NCBI RefSeq assembly: GCF_963506605.1
Contig: NC_083288.1
Coordinates: 20,150,001-20,214,000 of the forward strand
DNA length: 64,000 nt
Direction of reading: 5' to 3'
Origin: Zootoca vivipara
Taxonomy: Eukaryota
Shown here: in pieces, positions 26,455-38,592 of the stretch
How positions within the stretch are numbered: position 1 is the stretch's first letter
How the letters are laid out: each line of letters starts with the position of its first letter
Position numbers and translations under genes: made by a program
Notes under the pieces: model-generated
What the model saw: only the letters and a program-made list of their open reading frames with translations
The model's database searches: none
Told to the model about the DNA's origin: nothing

Positions 26455-29400
26455 CTATATATATCCCTTCTGAGTTCATTGTCTTATACATGGCAACAAT
26501 GTAGGAAAACATCACTTAGATGGAATTGCAGTAGGGCTATATATGTGACAAAAGGAAGGCTCTCTCCTGTGAATAGTTTTATGATCCTGAATAAAAGCAG
26601 GCGGCTATTCAGTTCTGTGTGTATCTGTGCTAGGGTTTAAAGGCCAGTCTTCAGTTTATGGTTCCAATTTAAGTCTCCTGCCCAAAAGTCCTGCTGGCTT
26701 CGCACTTCTCTTTGCTGCTGAATTACAACCTCCACGTTAAATAGAACAGCCAGATACTCCTCCTTTTCTTTTCTAGTTAAGAGAAATTTCTCGCTTTGCC
26801 TAGGTTGCAGATTTCTGGGCTGCTTTAACTTCCCTTAAACTTCTGCACTTCTGCCTCCCAACAAGCCATTCCGAGGCCTGGTGTCTGCCCAGAGAAATAT
26901 TTGGGTGTTGTTTTAATCCCCTCATTTATCTGTCCCACACACACACTTTTCTCCCTTCTGCTTTGTAAAGTTGGCTGGTGCTATGCAGAAGAGGCAGGAA
27001 TGAGCAGAGAGGAAATGGTGGGGTGGGAAGCAGGAACCTGGAGCATCCCCCCCCCCAGCTACAGAGCACCAGCTACACACATTGTAAATAAGCCCCTTTA
27101 ATCTTTATTTATTCTCTGCCATTTGAGTTATGCCACACTTTGGTCAAGATGAATTCGCCAAGCTAAGAGAAAGCATGTTAGGTCTCTACAGCAACAACAG
27201 GCTACAGAGGAGAGTTTATTTGGGTTATAGAAGGCTGGTGGGTGATTTTTTTCCAAGCGTAACATTGAAAACTGGAGACCCAGTGTATAAATATTCCTAC
27301 AGACCCACGATTAAAACTCTAATAGTGCCATAGCCCAAACAGCAGCAGCAGCAGCAGTAAACAACAACACATTCTCTTTGTAAGGCTTGCTGCTTACAGG
27401 CAGAATGGTTCACATGCAAGAACAAATATTTATTACCCAACTATTTTTTAAATTTTGTTAGAAATATCCGAGCTAAAGTTAAATAAAACATTATCCCATT
27501 ACCCATTGTGACCCCAAATACTTTCAAGAATCAAGACACTTCACTACAGAAGACAAAAGTTGTTGACTTATAAACAATATTCCCGGTCATAAAACCCCCA
27601 AACTTCCTTTTGATTCCATACGCTTAAGACCTGTTATACTATAAGTTCCAAGCCACCTTCCCCTTTAAAAGTCATTTTTAGAGAGTGATTCATTCTTTAC
27701 AAATGAATCATTAAAAGCTCTTAAATTAATGTTCATCAGTTAAATTGAAGAGCAGTCCTTCCTTGCAAGGGAGGGGAGCATTTGAACGATGAGTAATTCA
27801 TTATTAGGAGAGGAGTTTCAATTAATGACCTTCTATATAAAAAAAGAGAAAATAAAGTTTTTGCAAAATAAACATTAGAGGTGATCCGAATTGCACGGAT
27901 ATGTAAGAGGAAAGTCTATTGAGTCACAAAAAGGCATAAAAAATAGATTTGCATCATATTATAAATGGGATTCCGTGTACTCCTCTCCAATCCCAACGGA
28001 TAATAGCACTTTCCAAAGTTATGTTATAAAAAGTTAAATGCAAGCAGCATGTTTACTCACTTATTTAACCATCAAGTAGCCAAACTTCACATCTTAATCC
28101 ATACATTCTTATTCACATGTGATATGTGCATGTTTCTGAACAAGAGTTTTAAAGGTCGTGCTCTTTTTTTTTCCAAATAAGAGGGGAGGGGGTCATAGCT
28201 GCCAAGTTTCCCCTTTTCTCGCGAGGAAGCCTATTCAGCATAATGGAAAATCCCTTTAAAAAAGGGATAACTTGGCAGCTATGGAGGGGGTGCTGTTGCT
28301 TAGATCCACTTTTCCTGCTCTGCTCCCGTTCCCCTCTGCTTTTCCACGCCAATAAAGCGGTTCTATTTACAGTTCGGATGCACTCTGTACGCAAATTGAG
28401 GGAGGAGAACCTACAGGGGAAATGTGTTTGTAGGAGAGAGCTTTAAAAACAAAACAAAACAGAAAACCACCACCCACTTCCTTTGCCTGTTATTTCCTTG
28501 CATTCTCAGGGAGTGTTAAAACCGTACGGGCTTCCTTGTCATTAAAGCCGATGGTTCCAACAAATTAATCGTAATCCGGTACCATTTCACGAATGCTAAA
28601 CCCTCGACTGAGCAAATTCACATTGGCCATTCTGAAGGAATCACGTTGCCATGTAAATCTGATCTGAGAGCAATTGAGAATATGTGTGGCGGATAATTCC
28701 TGCGAGCAGATTACAGCGTCTGTAATAGAGGAGTGATAGATAGGTGGATTGGATTACAACTTTCATTTGTCCAAATTGCGGTGTTGACCTCTACATTCGG
28801 ATAATCAGAAGTTGGGATAAACTGGAGAGGTTTGTTTTATTTGCGTTTGCATGGACGTGCAAGGTGGGGGGGGGGGAAGCACATATGGTTGTTGTTTTTT
28901 TTGTGGGGGGAGTGCCTGGTAGTTACCAGAAGCTGGTAACTGGACAGCTCGGAGACAGAGTTATGAGATGACAGTAATTGGCAGCGAACATGAGAGAAAC
29001 TGGCAAATCACAGTTACCTTATGAAATACGAAGTTGGAGCATTTAAAAATATTTATTGAAATACACAGTTGTTCACATTCAAAATAATGCAAAACAAAAA
29101 GTGGTGGTGGTGGGGAGTTAGGATTAAATTATATGCCATTACTGTACCAATCTGAAGGTAGGACGAACTACTGGTTCGCCATGCATAAAGGTTAGCGTGG
29201 GAAGAAACCATGAAGAGAAATGCCCAAACTTCAGCCGTTTGGGCAACTCTTCCAGCCCACTCGTTCGTTAATTCATTCATTAGTTTAAAAACACAATATC
29301 AGAATGGCACCGAATTCTGAGCGAGTTTCATTTATCCCTGAGTTAAACCTATGCCGAATTGGGGAAGAAAAAAAAAACTCCAACGCACAAAGTAGACACA

Positions 29401-30489
29401 GACATCATTTTCTGCCGGCTCACCTCTATCGACAACACGGGCACCATCTACCAGATGACCATTCCCAGCTGCCTTAAATATTTTTCTCCCCGATGCCTGG
29501 TGATCAATAAGGAGTGTTCTTGGCCGTCAGACCAACCGCTGCCCTTAACTCTAAACTGTCCAAAGACCCGGCCTTAACCACAAAAACGCAAGAGGGCACA
29601 GTTCTTGAGAGATATGCGGGAATATCGTTCTAGCTCAGCTCCATTCCCACCCATTCATCTTCCGGACTTTATATACGGTACCGCAGGAACTTAAAAGTAA
29701 AGGGTTTTGATTAGGACCCTCGTGACAAAATCCGAGCGTGAGTGTGTAAAAACTCACACACATACACACTCTCACACAAGCCATTCAATTCATTAGGATC
29801 CTTTATGGAGGGAGACACAAAACAATTTTTCTCCATCGCTCCCCAGAAGGTGGCTTAAAGTTCTTTTTTTTTTTAAGACGCTCCATAATATAACCCTCTC
29901 CAAAAGTACTGTATACCAAGATCGGTCGAACTTTTAAATCTAGCGTTCCACTTCTTCCTACATATGCTTCTATATGAATTTATAGCTCCCCTCCCCCTCC
30001 CCGCTATATTCCTGTAAAAACCCAAAGGGTGGGGGTGGGGGATAATAACCTCTTTCCCCAACCAAAACACGCTGGAAATTACCAAACTTTTCCAGATGAA
30101 ACGAATTCAATTTTTTTCCTTTTCCCTCGTGTCCACGACAGCAGCAATGATAGAATCAGTTCTCATTTGTTTTATTCTTCTTGTCTTTCCACCCTCTTCC
30201 TCCTCCTCCTGCATTTATTTATTTTCTTCTTTAAAAGAAAAAGAAAAAGAAAACAACAGCCAAAGGAAAGTCCAAATTTTTAATCGATTTATCTCTCTCC
30301 CCCCCCCATCATTAGTATGTGGTTAAGAGGGAGGGTGTCTATCTGTGTTATGTGGGGGTGGAGGGGGCGCGCGTATCTGTTGTTCAAAAGTGATGGTGTT
30401 GGTGGCAGAGATGCTTTCGCTGGTTTGTTCTAGGGGGGTCCCCTGTGCAAAGCTAACCCCTCTAGGGTGCGATTTCGCAGTCTTCGACT

Positions 30490-30640
30490 TCTGCTATTGG
30501 TCAGCGCGTGATCAGATGGTTCTCTTTCCTTATGTCCCTGGTTGGCACGCGGCCATCCCCCTTCAGCTAAAACCCAATCTCCCATATACTGCTAATAGCT
30601 AAACCGCTTGGACTATAAAACGCAACAAATCATAAAGACC
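30490..30640 (+). promoter_or_regulatory. HOXB6 proximal promoter
   Basis: ATTGG at 30496, E-box CAGATG at 30513, CCAAT near 30575, TATAAAA near 30614. Confidence 0.65.
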
Positions 30641-30669
30641 AAGGGAAAGAACAGACGCTGTTCCTCTGC

Positions 30670-30670
<1 letters not shown>

Positions 30671-30705
<35 letters not shown>
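30671..30705. repeat. (TTA)11 microsatellite in the HOXB6 5' leader
   Basis: Ends a few nucleotides before the ATG at 30710. Confidence 0.95.
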
Positions 30706-30709
30706 TCCA

Positions 30710-31130
30710 ATGAGTTCTTATTTTGTCAACTCTACTTTTCCGGTGAGCTTAGCCGGGGGTCAAGAACCGTTTCTGGGACAGCTCCCCTTATATTCCACGG
30801 GGTATGCGGACCCTTTAAGGCACTACCCTGCCACTTATGGAACTGGGGGTGGGGGGGTCCCGGATAAAGGTTACCCGGGCGCGCCTTACTACCAGCAAGC
30901 CAACGGAGCTTACAACCGGAGCCCAGCCTGCGATTACGGGACATCTGGTTTTTACAGAGAGAAAGAGACAGCCTGTTCTCTTTCGAGTTTAGAGGACCCT
31001 GTTCCGTTCGGCCAGGAGCAAGTCCGGAAGTCAGATTGCTCCCAGAACAAACACGCTTTCGGGGAGAGCGAAGATCAGAAGTGCTCCACGCCAGTGTACC
31101 CCTGGATGCAGAGGATGAACTCCTGCAACA
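30710..31130 (+). CDS. HOXB6: Homeobox protein Hox-B6, exon 1
   Basis: [40 protein letters not shown]...STPVYPWMQRMNSCN; donor AACA|GTAAGT. Confidence 0.97.
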
Positions 31131-32334
31131 GTAAGTTCCTATTTTCTCCCTGTTCTCTGTAAGGATGGCTAGACACACAGACAGACGAATAGATAGGTAG
31201 GGAGGGTTCCCTTTTCACCTCATCTCTTTCTGAACAGGAAACGCTGCCCTTCTCGTCTCCGCTTCCAGACAGCGGGAAGCAGAAACTTTCCTCAAACTTT
31301 TATCCTACTTAGATAATAACTTCCATAACGAAGGTTTGAGTGTATGTGAGTGTGCGCGCCCGTGTATACATATTCATTGCATGAGGTTCCCTTCAGTGAG
31401 TTCGTTTCTTTAGCCAACTTTCTGTTATCTGGGGAGGTACTGAGATTATTGATTGACTGGGCTCTGTCTTGTGGAAGGCAATGTTAGCTGTCACTCAGGA
31501 GGAGTGATTTAGAGACGTGTCTGGTGTACTTACACACACACACACACACACACAAACACACACGCATGATGCAATCCATATCACACTGAAGTCCCCCCCC
31601 CCCAATTGATTTTAATAGACTTGGTTTTAGCCCGCTTCTCATATCTTCTCCCCCCCACACACACACACCTTGGCCAATTTATATCCCAGAGAGTGTATTT
31701 CTATAACCCAGCCAGTTGAATAATGTCGGAAGGGCTTAAATATTTGAAAGGAGAGAGCTACATTTTTAATGAAACTCGCGCATAATGAAATGCCTGTCTG
31801 GAGAGGAGTTGCAGATAGTTTTTCTTTCACTCACTCACTCACTCACTCATTCCCATTCTCTCTCTCTCTCTCTCTTCCCCACCCCCACCCCTTCTTCTGT
31901 GATCGACCATGGCCCTCCAGGTGCTAGATTTTCCATGAAAACGCATTCTTGAAAATGAGATAGAAACAGCAACCTCTCCTCCCTTCTCTGTGTTTACACG
32001 TATTATAAGTTGTCGATCCCAAAAATCCCAGAGTGGGCTGATGTTGGGCGGGGAGGGGGGGGAATCAATAAACTTACCTTATTGCTGAAACTCTGGAATC
32101 TATTCCAGTTACCGATAAAATACGGGGGGTGGGGGTGGGGAGGGAAAACAGAAAAGAAGGGGAGAAGGGAGGAGGAGGAGGGGACCCAGTACCTTGCAAG
32201 TTTTACATAACAGAAAGGAACTGCCCCAGAAGTAAAATGAAGTAAGGATAGAAGGGGAATTCATAACCTCTCCCATGAATTCAGTCCGGAAATAAGTGCA
32301 TAAGGGGAGGCTAACGCCTTAGCAACTCTCTCAG

Positions 32335-32640
32335 GACAAAATCCTGCAAGCCTTTCCACTGCGACCCTAAAAACACATTAGCTGCGAAGCTAAGTCTCAT
32401 TGATTTCTATGCGCCATTACTTCCCAGTGGCACCTCGATCCTGAGCTCATTTACTTTCCAGAAAGTCTGACTGCTTCTCTTCAGTGGGGTTTTCCTTCCA
32501 AGCTTTTAAGTTGGCTTTGGGGGACCACAGGCTCTAAGAGTAACGCGTTCTGCTCCCAAACAGCATTATTCCAAAATTAAAATCTCGCGGAGCCCACTGG
32601 GGTTTACTCCCAAGGCAGTATGCATAGGACCGCAGCCTTA
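32335..32640. mobile_element. Cluster of degenerate family-A fragments, HOXB6 intron
   Basis: TAAGTCTCATTGATTTC, TTCAGTGGGGTTTTC and GGGGTTTACTCCCAAGG...TGCATAGGACCGCAGCC(TTA). Confidence 0.5.
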
Positions 32641-33176
32641 GCCCTCCATGAACTCCGCTCAGTGGGGGCACTAGAGTCCACAAGGCAGGGAAACGCAAGG
32701 GTGGATGGGGGAAGGGTGGGTGGATCTTTTCTGCTGGAGGAACTAGGCTCCATAGAACAGGAATGGCAAGCTTTCGAGTTACACAGATCTCTTCTTCGAG
32801 GTGTTTATTATCATTATTTTATTTTGAAAGGATTGCATATGTTGCTTGGCCAGGGTGCAAGTTTTGAAGCTCAGCCTGTTGGGAGCACGGTTGGGCCTCT
32901 CCAGAGAGCATGCTTTTGCATGGGGACAATGTCCCCACACAACTGCAGCCCAAATGGAGTGCAGGGTTATTTTGGTAGACATTTCGAAAGCATCAAGTGA
33001 AGGCAACCCAAACTGAGTTTTTGTCTTATTGTATGCATCTTCATTCCTTCATTTTTTTTAATTTCCTATCCTTCTGGAAGTTTATGTGTACAAAGAGGGC
33101 CTTTCGATCGGAGAGATTGGAGGACTGGAATGCGGGGGGGGGGGTACAAGGAGAGGGGAAGTGAAGAGAACAGAAC

Positions 33177-33181
<5 letters not shown>

Positions 33182-33255
<74 letters not shown>
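33182..33255. repeat. Compound (TC)n(CA)n microsatellite near the HOXB6 acceptor
   Basis: Directly visible. Confidence 0.95.
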
Positions 33256-33261
<6 letters not shown>

Positions 33262-33271
33262 AGCCTAGTAG

Positions 33272-33610
<339 letters not shown>

Positions 33611-34134
33611 GAGAGAGATTGCAGAAGGAGGAGGGAAAGAGAAGGAAGGCAGCGAAAATGCCAACGGTTGTGAGGGGCTCCCAAATGGGCAAAAATAAAA
33701 GGCACAGCGGAGACACACTTTTTTTGTAAAATACCCGAGACTGTATGGAGGTGTTGACCCATCTTCCTCATGCACCCTCACCCGCACCCAGTAATCTGTC
33801 GTGTCATAATCAAGCTTCTAGTCCAGTTTATTTCCCTATTCTTTCTATTGGCCCTTCCTCTTCCCCGCCCCCGCACCACAAACGGATTTTTTTTGTTGGG
33901 TGTCCTTCTTAGGATTCTTGCTAACTCTTGTATTTAAATGGAGGTGCTGCAATATATGTGTCAGATTTTTGGGGTTGTTGATTGTCTTCATTTTGTAAAA
34001 CAAAAGTCTCATGCACGATTTTACTTATGTGTTGCTTTTTTTAAAAAAAGAAAAGAGTTAAACTAGGTTCTTTGACATTTAAGGGTTGCTGTTGCTTTTT
34101 TTTAAAGAAAAGATCTATTGAAAAGGAACAAATG

Positions 34135-34141
34135 CTACCTA
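34135..34141 (+). promoter_or_regulatory. miR-196 7mer-A1 seed site in the HOXB6 3'UTR
   Basis: CTACCTA upstream of the AATAAA at 34255. Confidence 0.45.
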
Positions 34142-34254
34142 AAAATATGGTGAAATAAAAAAAGGAGGGGTGTTTTTGTTTATTTTATTTTATGACTTTT
34201 TTTGTACAGTGTTGTGTTTGTAGTTTGTGTTAGTTATGGAGATGGAAGTTCTCT

Positions 34255-34260
34255 AATAAA
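34255..34260 (+). terminator. Candidate HOXB6 polyadenylation signal
   Basis: AATAAA at the end of an AU-rich 3'UTR-like segment. Confidence 0.55.
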
Positions 34261-34336
34261 CAGCAAACAAACATGTTGAGAAAAACACTTGGCACGTTCC
34301 TATTTTTAGGGTGTGCATCCTCCTCCCCTCTCCACA

Positions 34337-34377
<41 letters not shown>

Positions 34378-35650
34378 ACATGCACAGGCACTTCTTTCCT
34401 GAGGAATTGGTCTACCTACAGAAGCTGTGGGCTTGTTAGGGGGGAAAGGGAACAATAAAAAGCCCTGCTGTTTGATAGAAGTTCTCTCCCCTAACCTGAA
34501 CAGCCAAGCAATTTTTTAAGCTTTACAGAAGTTAGCGCTGAAAGATAGATTCGGCTGCTCACACCTCCCACTTCCAATACTCTTCAGCCTAAGCTTAAAC
34601 GAAAGACCTTTTCACCAAGAATATCTTGGAGTTGACATTTAACTTTAATATGGATATATTTTATTGTTACAGCACAAAAGAGTTATGAAGGGGGGAAGCT
34701 CACCGCATATATAATAAATAAAGGGAGCAGGCATAACTGTGCCCCCTCCCCAATCATACATCTGCTAGAAGATATCTAACATTTGTATAGCCGCCTTCAA
34801 ACATTTGGCCCACTTCCCTTCAGTTCGTTCTCCCGCCACCGCCTGCTCAAACACCCCACAACTACGATTTACATATAACTAAAAAATTATATTAAAAAGG
34901 TGGAACCACAAGCAGTTCGCACTTTTTGTGTGTGTACGATCGAAGCTGAAAGAATTATTCCAGCAGGAAACTTAAGGAATGATTGGAATACCGCTAATCT
35001 ATGCCCACTCCATGTGCCTCCTTCCAACATTTCTTTATATTATTTTATTGCATGGCAACGTGCTTGCCATGGTTAGACAAAGAACAGTTTCCAGAGAGCT
35101 CCAAGATTACTTAGGGAAGCTTTGAAATGCAGCTTTTCCCTAATTGTCATTGTCTCTCTCGTTCTGTGGAAGCAAGCGGTCTGCAACTCTTTCTGACTTG
35201 CTGTTATTCTGCAACCAACTATCCTTATTTTGCTTAACCCCCCCCCCAAAAAAAGATCGTGGATTGTTATCTTACAGGTTTGGCCACCCCAAATTCACAG
35301 GTACCTCAACACCTCAACCCCCCCCCCATTATGGTGTTAATGGCAGACATTTAAAAAAATCAATTCAAGCAGAAGCCTCGCATCTGCAGGACACTTATCC
35401 TTATTGCTACTCTTTACATTGGCCGTAATGATTATAATTATATGTCACTTTGAATATGGCTCATAATTTCCAATGGGTTCCAGGCTGACTTCTCGAAATT
35501 CCTGAGCGTTCTTCGAGAAAAAACAAAGAGTGGGGGGGGGAAACATTTCGGAAATGCTGGAGAAAGCAAAGGTTTTCATAAACCTGGCCCATTTATTTAT
35601 TTATTTTTGCAGGGTTCACTTCAAACCAAACGTTGATTTCAATTTTTTAA

Positions 35651-35740
35651 GGCTGTAATCCGACACCCACTTACCTGAGAGTAAGCCCTATTGAATACAA
35701 TGGGACTTCTTTCTGTGTAGGTATGAATAGGATTGCCCTT
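35651..35740. mobile_element. Hairpin MITE-like repeat (family A)
   Basis: (TAA)GGCTGTAATCC...ACTTACCTGAGAGTAAGCCCTATTGAATACAATGGGACTT...TAGGATTGCCCTT(TTA). Confidence 0.75.
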
Positions 35741-36044
35741 TTAAGTGGGGACAGCATTCTATTGTAACTGTTCATGTTATGGGCGATATGTCACTCAGGA
35801 TATCACCAGTTATATGAATAAATACACAGAATCCCCTAATTTTTAAAGGGGGTAGTCTTTCCTTTCTAATACCTACGCAGCAAAGGTACTGAGATGTAAT
35901 AATAATAATAATATCAACAACAATAGCAACAGCAGTACTCCTGATTATGTGAACCAAGTGCAGTGTAAATAAGCGAAAAGCACTCAGTATTATAGCATAG
36001 GTAGGTGCTGGTTTTGAGAGGCACGTATCCTGCAGATAGTATTA

Positions 36045-36125
36045 GGCTGCAATGCTATGCACACTTACCTGGAGGCAAGCTCCACTGAACCTAGAGGGGC
36101 TTACTTCTGAGTAAACATGCATATA
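36045..36125. mobile_element. Hairpin MITE-like repeat (family A)
   Basis: (TTA)GGCTGCAATGCTATGCACACTTACCTGG...GGGGCTTACTTCTGAGTAAACATGCATA. Confidence 0.75.
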
Positions 36126-36561
36126 ATGGGAAGAAAGCAGGGAGGGAAAGGCGGAACGGAAAAAGAGGAGCAGGCGTTTGAGTTTAAATTAGGATGGACC
36201 CTTTGGTGCGACACCTTTTCTGACACCAACACAATAAAGGCATTGGGGTTATAATTTATTATCACAGCAGCAATTACCACCAGTAGTCATAATAATAGCA
36301 ATGTTTTAATACACAAAAGCGCACAAGCGTGAAAGGAGGCAAACGGGGCTGTATTAGGGGGAAATGTTATCTTCAGAAACAACAAGATTAAAAAAGAGAA
36401 ATAAAGATTCCGAAAGGACACTTTGGGGGGGGTGTAGCGGTGGAAGTATTTTATTTCTGTAAAAGGTGGGCACGGAATCAGAGCGCTTTACTCTTTCTTT
36501 TATTTATTTTTTAAAAAACCTGGGTGAGCTTATCCTCCATGCCGGCTAACTCTTCCTTTGC

Positions 36562-36575
36562 CCAGTAGGTGGCGC
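36562..36575 (+). promoter_or_regulatory. CTCF motif at the Hox6|5 interval
   Basis: CCAGTAGGTGGCGC is an exact match to the CTCF core CCASYAGRKGGCRS, about 350 bp upstream of the HOXB5 ATG. Confidence 0.8.
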
Positions 36576-36674
36576 AGTCCGCCAACAAGGAGCCACCTCT
36601 GCTTTCTGATTCCTCCCCCCTTCTTTCCTCCCCCTTTTGGAAGCCGCGCATTGACATGGGCCTAACGATTCTCG

Positions 36675-36923
36675 GATCGTCATTATTTGTAACCATAGAG
36701 CATGAATTGCCTCTTGAGGTCATCAGTGAGAATTTACGACTGGTCAACAAAAGCACGTGATTCCCAAACGCACCCCCCACCCCACCCCCATATTTGGCCG
36801 CATACATAGCAAAAACGAAGTACAGTGCATCGCTATAATTCATTAATACATCATAAATCCTCAAGCACAGGGGTTATAACGACCACGAGCCCCACAAATC
36901 AAGCCCTCCAAAATACAACCCAA
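36675..36923 (+). promoter_or_regulatory. HOXB5 promoter and 5'UTR, highly conserved block
   Basis: GAGGTCATCAGTGAGAATTTACGACTGGTCAACAAAAGCACGTGATT...CTATAATTCATTAATACATCATAAAT is the typical paralog-5 upstream sequence (from recall). Confidence 0.75.
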
Positions 36924-37572
36924 ATGAGTTCTTACTTTGTAAACTCGTTCTCAGGACGCTATCCTAATGCCCCAGACTATCAGCTGTTAAATTATGGGAC
37001 CGGCAGTTCCATGAACGGATCTTATAGAGATCCAGGCAACATGCACGCCGGCTCTTATGGTGGATACAACTACAATGGGATGGATCTGAGCATCAGCCGT
37101 TCAACCTCCTCCTCCAGCCACTTTGCAACGGTTGGGGAGAGCTCCCGCGCCTTCCCTGCCCAAGCCGCGCCGGAAAGCAGGTTCAGACAGGCGTCGAGCT
37201 GCTCCTTGTCCTCTCCCGAGTCCCTCCCTTGCACCAGCACCAACAGCAGCACCAGCAACAACAACAACAACAACAACGGCGGCGGCGGAGGCGGCGGGGG
37301 CGGCAGCAGCAGCAGCAACGGCGAGAGCCATGGAGGCAAAGCAGCCTCGTCTTCCCCCGCCGACCAGGCAGCCTCGGTCGGCACGGCCAACGCCACCAGT
37401 TTCACAGAGATAGACGAAACCAGCGCGTCTTCGGGAACTGAAGAGAGCGGCTCCCAAGTCAACAGCAACGGCGTCAGAGCTCAGGCAGAGCCCATCGCCA
37501 CGTCCACGCCAGCCACAGAAGGACAGAGCCCACAGATATTCCCCTGGATGCGAAAACTTCATATTAGCCATG
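36924..37572 (+). CDS. HOXB5: Homeobox protein Hox-B5, exon 1
   Basis: [25 protein letters not shown]...[11 protein letters not shown]...[14 protein letters not shown]; donor CATG|GTACAT. Confidence 0.96.
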
Positions 37573-38592
37573 GTACATGCTCCTTTTTAAAATTTCGCTG
37601 TTGCATCTTTCTATCTTTCTCTCTATCTCTCTATCTATCTACTCTCTCTCTCTCTCTCTCTCCTCTCTCTCTTCTCTCTCTAGGAATATATATGAAATAT
37701 GTTGTTGGCAGGGCAGACAGGGACTGGGGGATGGGAGATGGAAATGGAGCACAATCGCCTGCGAAGACAGCCTTGGCGTGTCTTTTTATGGCTTCCCTTT
37801 CTGCTTCCCATCAGAAAGTGCCTTTAATTTTATTTATTGTACAAAAATTAATTTAATTTAAAAGGGGGGGAGTCTGATTTAGGAGAGGTTTTCTGAATAT
37901 GTTCCCCTCTTTAAAAAATAAAATAAAACAACGCAGACATAGCATGGTATCTGGGTGACAAGACCTAGTGCTAGAAGTAACCATATTATAATATTCAGAG
38001 ACGTGAGAATAAGAGTAGTCGTGGCAGCAGTCATAATGGGCTTTTAAAATACCAGGAGTTGAAAAGATAGGAGGAAAGGAATGGGTAGGCTGGTTGTGGG
38101 GAAGAAGAAAAACAGTGCTGTTTGTGGGCACAGATGGGTCCGTCAAGCATCTACTCTTGCCGCCACCGCCACCCCACATTATAGTGTCTGTTGTGACAAT
38201 GTGGGATAATGGCAAACTCTTTTCCCCTCCCCTCCCCCACGGTAAAAAACGAATGGACGTTGCCAAGGAGGATCTGAGCGGCAGAGTTCGAAGGGTGAGG
38301 GAATATCGACTCGCTTAACACGCCGATGCTAAATGCATTTGGGTGAAGAAAGGAAGCCCCAAGGATTTCAGTGTGGAAGTTGCTTCCAGCGAAGTGTAGG
38401 TAGCTAGTGTCAAGGGGTGGGCAAGTGAGTTCCAGGGCGAAGGGGAGGCACGGGAACGTACCAAACTGGTAGGCACTCGCTTGCCTTCCTCTTTGCTCGT
38501 CTGTGTATGTTTCCCCATTTTGATTATATTGGTATACAGTATAAGCAGAAAGAGACAGGGAGATACTATTAAGGATTAGAGCGTCAGAGTCA

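Noticed and set aside
36825-36923. In-frame N-terminal extensions of HOXB5 (GTG at 36825) and HOXB4 (GTG at 59942) suggested by the ORF track
   Set aside because: They need non-AUG starts close to or before the likely TSS, and the conserved MSSYF/MAMSSF starts explain the proteins.
37070-37571. Overlapping antisense and alternate-frame ORFs with poly-Q/R/A/P/L over HOXB5 exon 1
   Set aside because: They are by-products of the stop-free GC-rich trinucleotide repeats in the HOXB5 insert.
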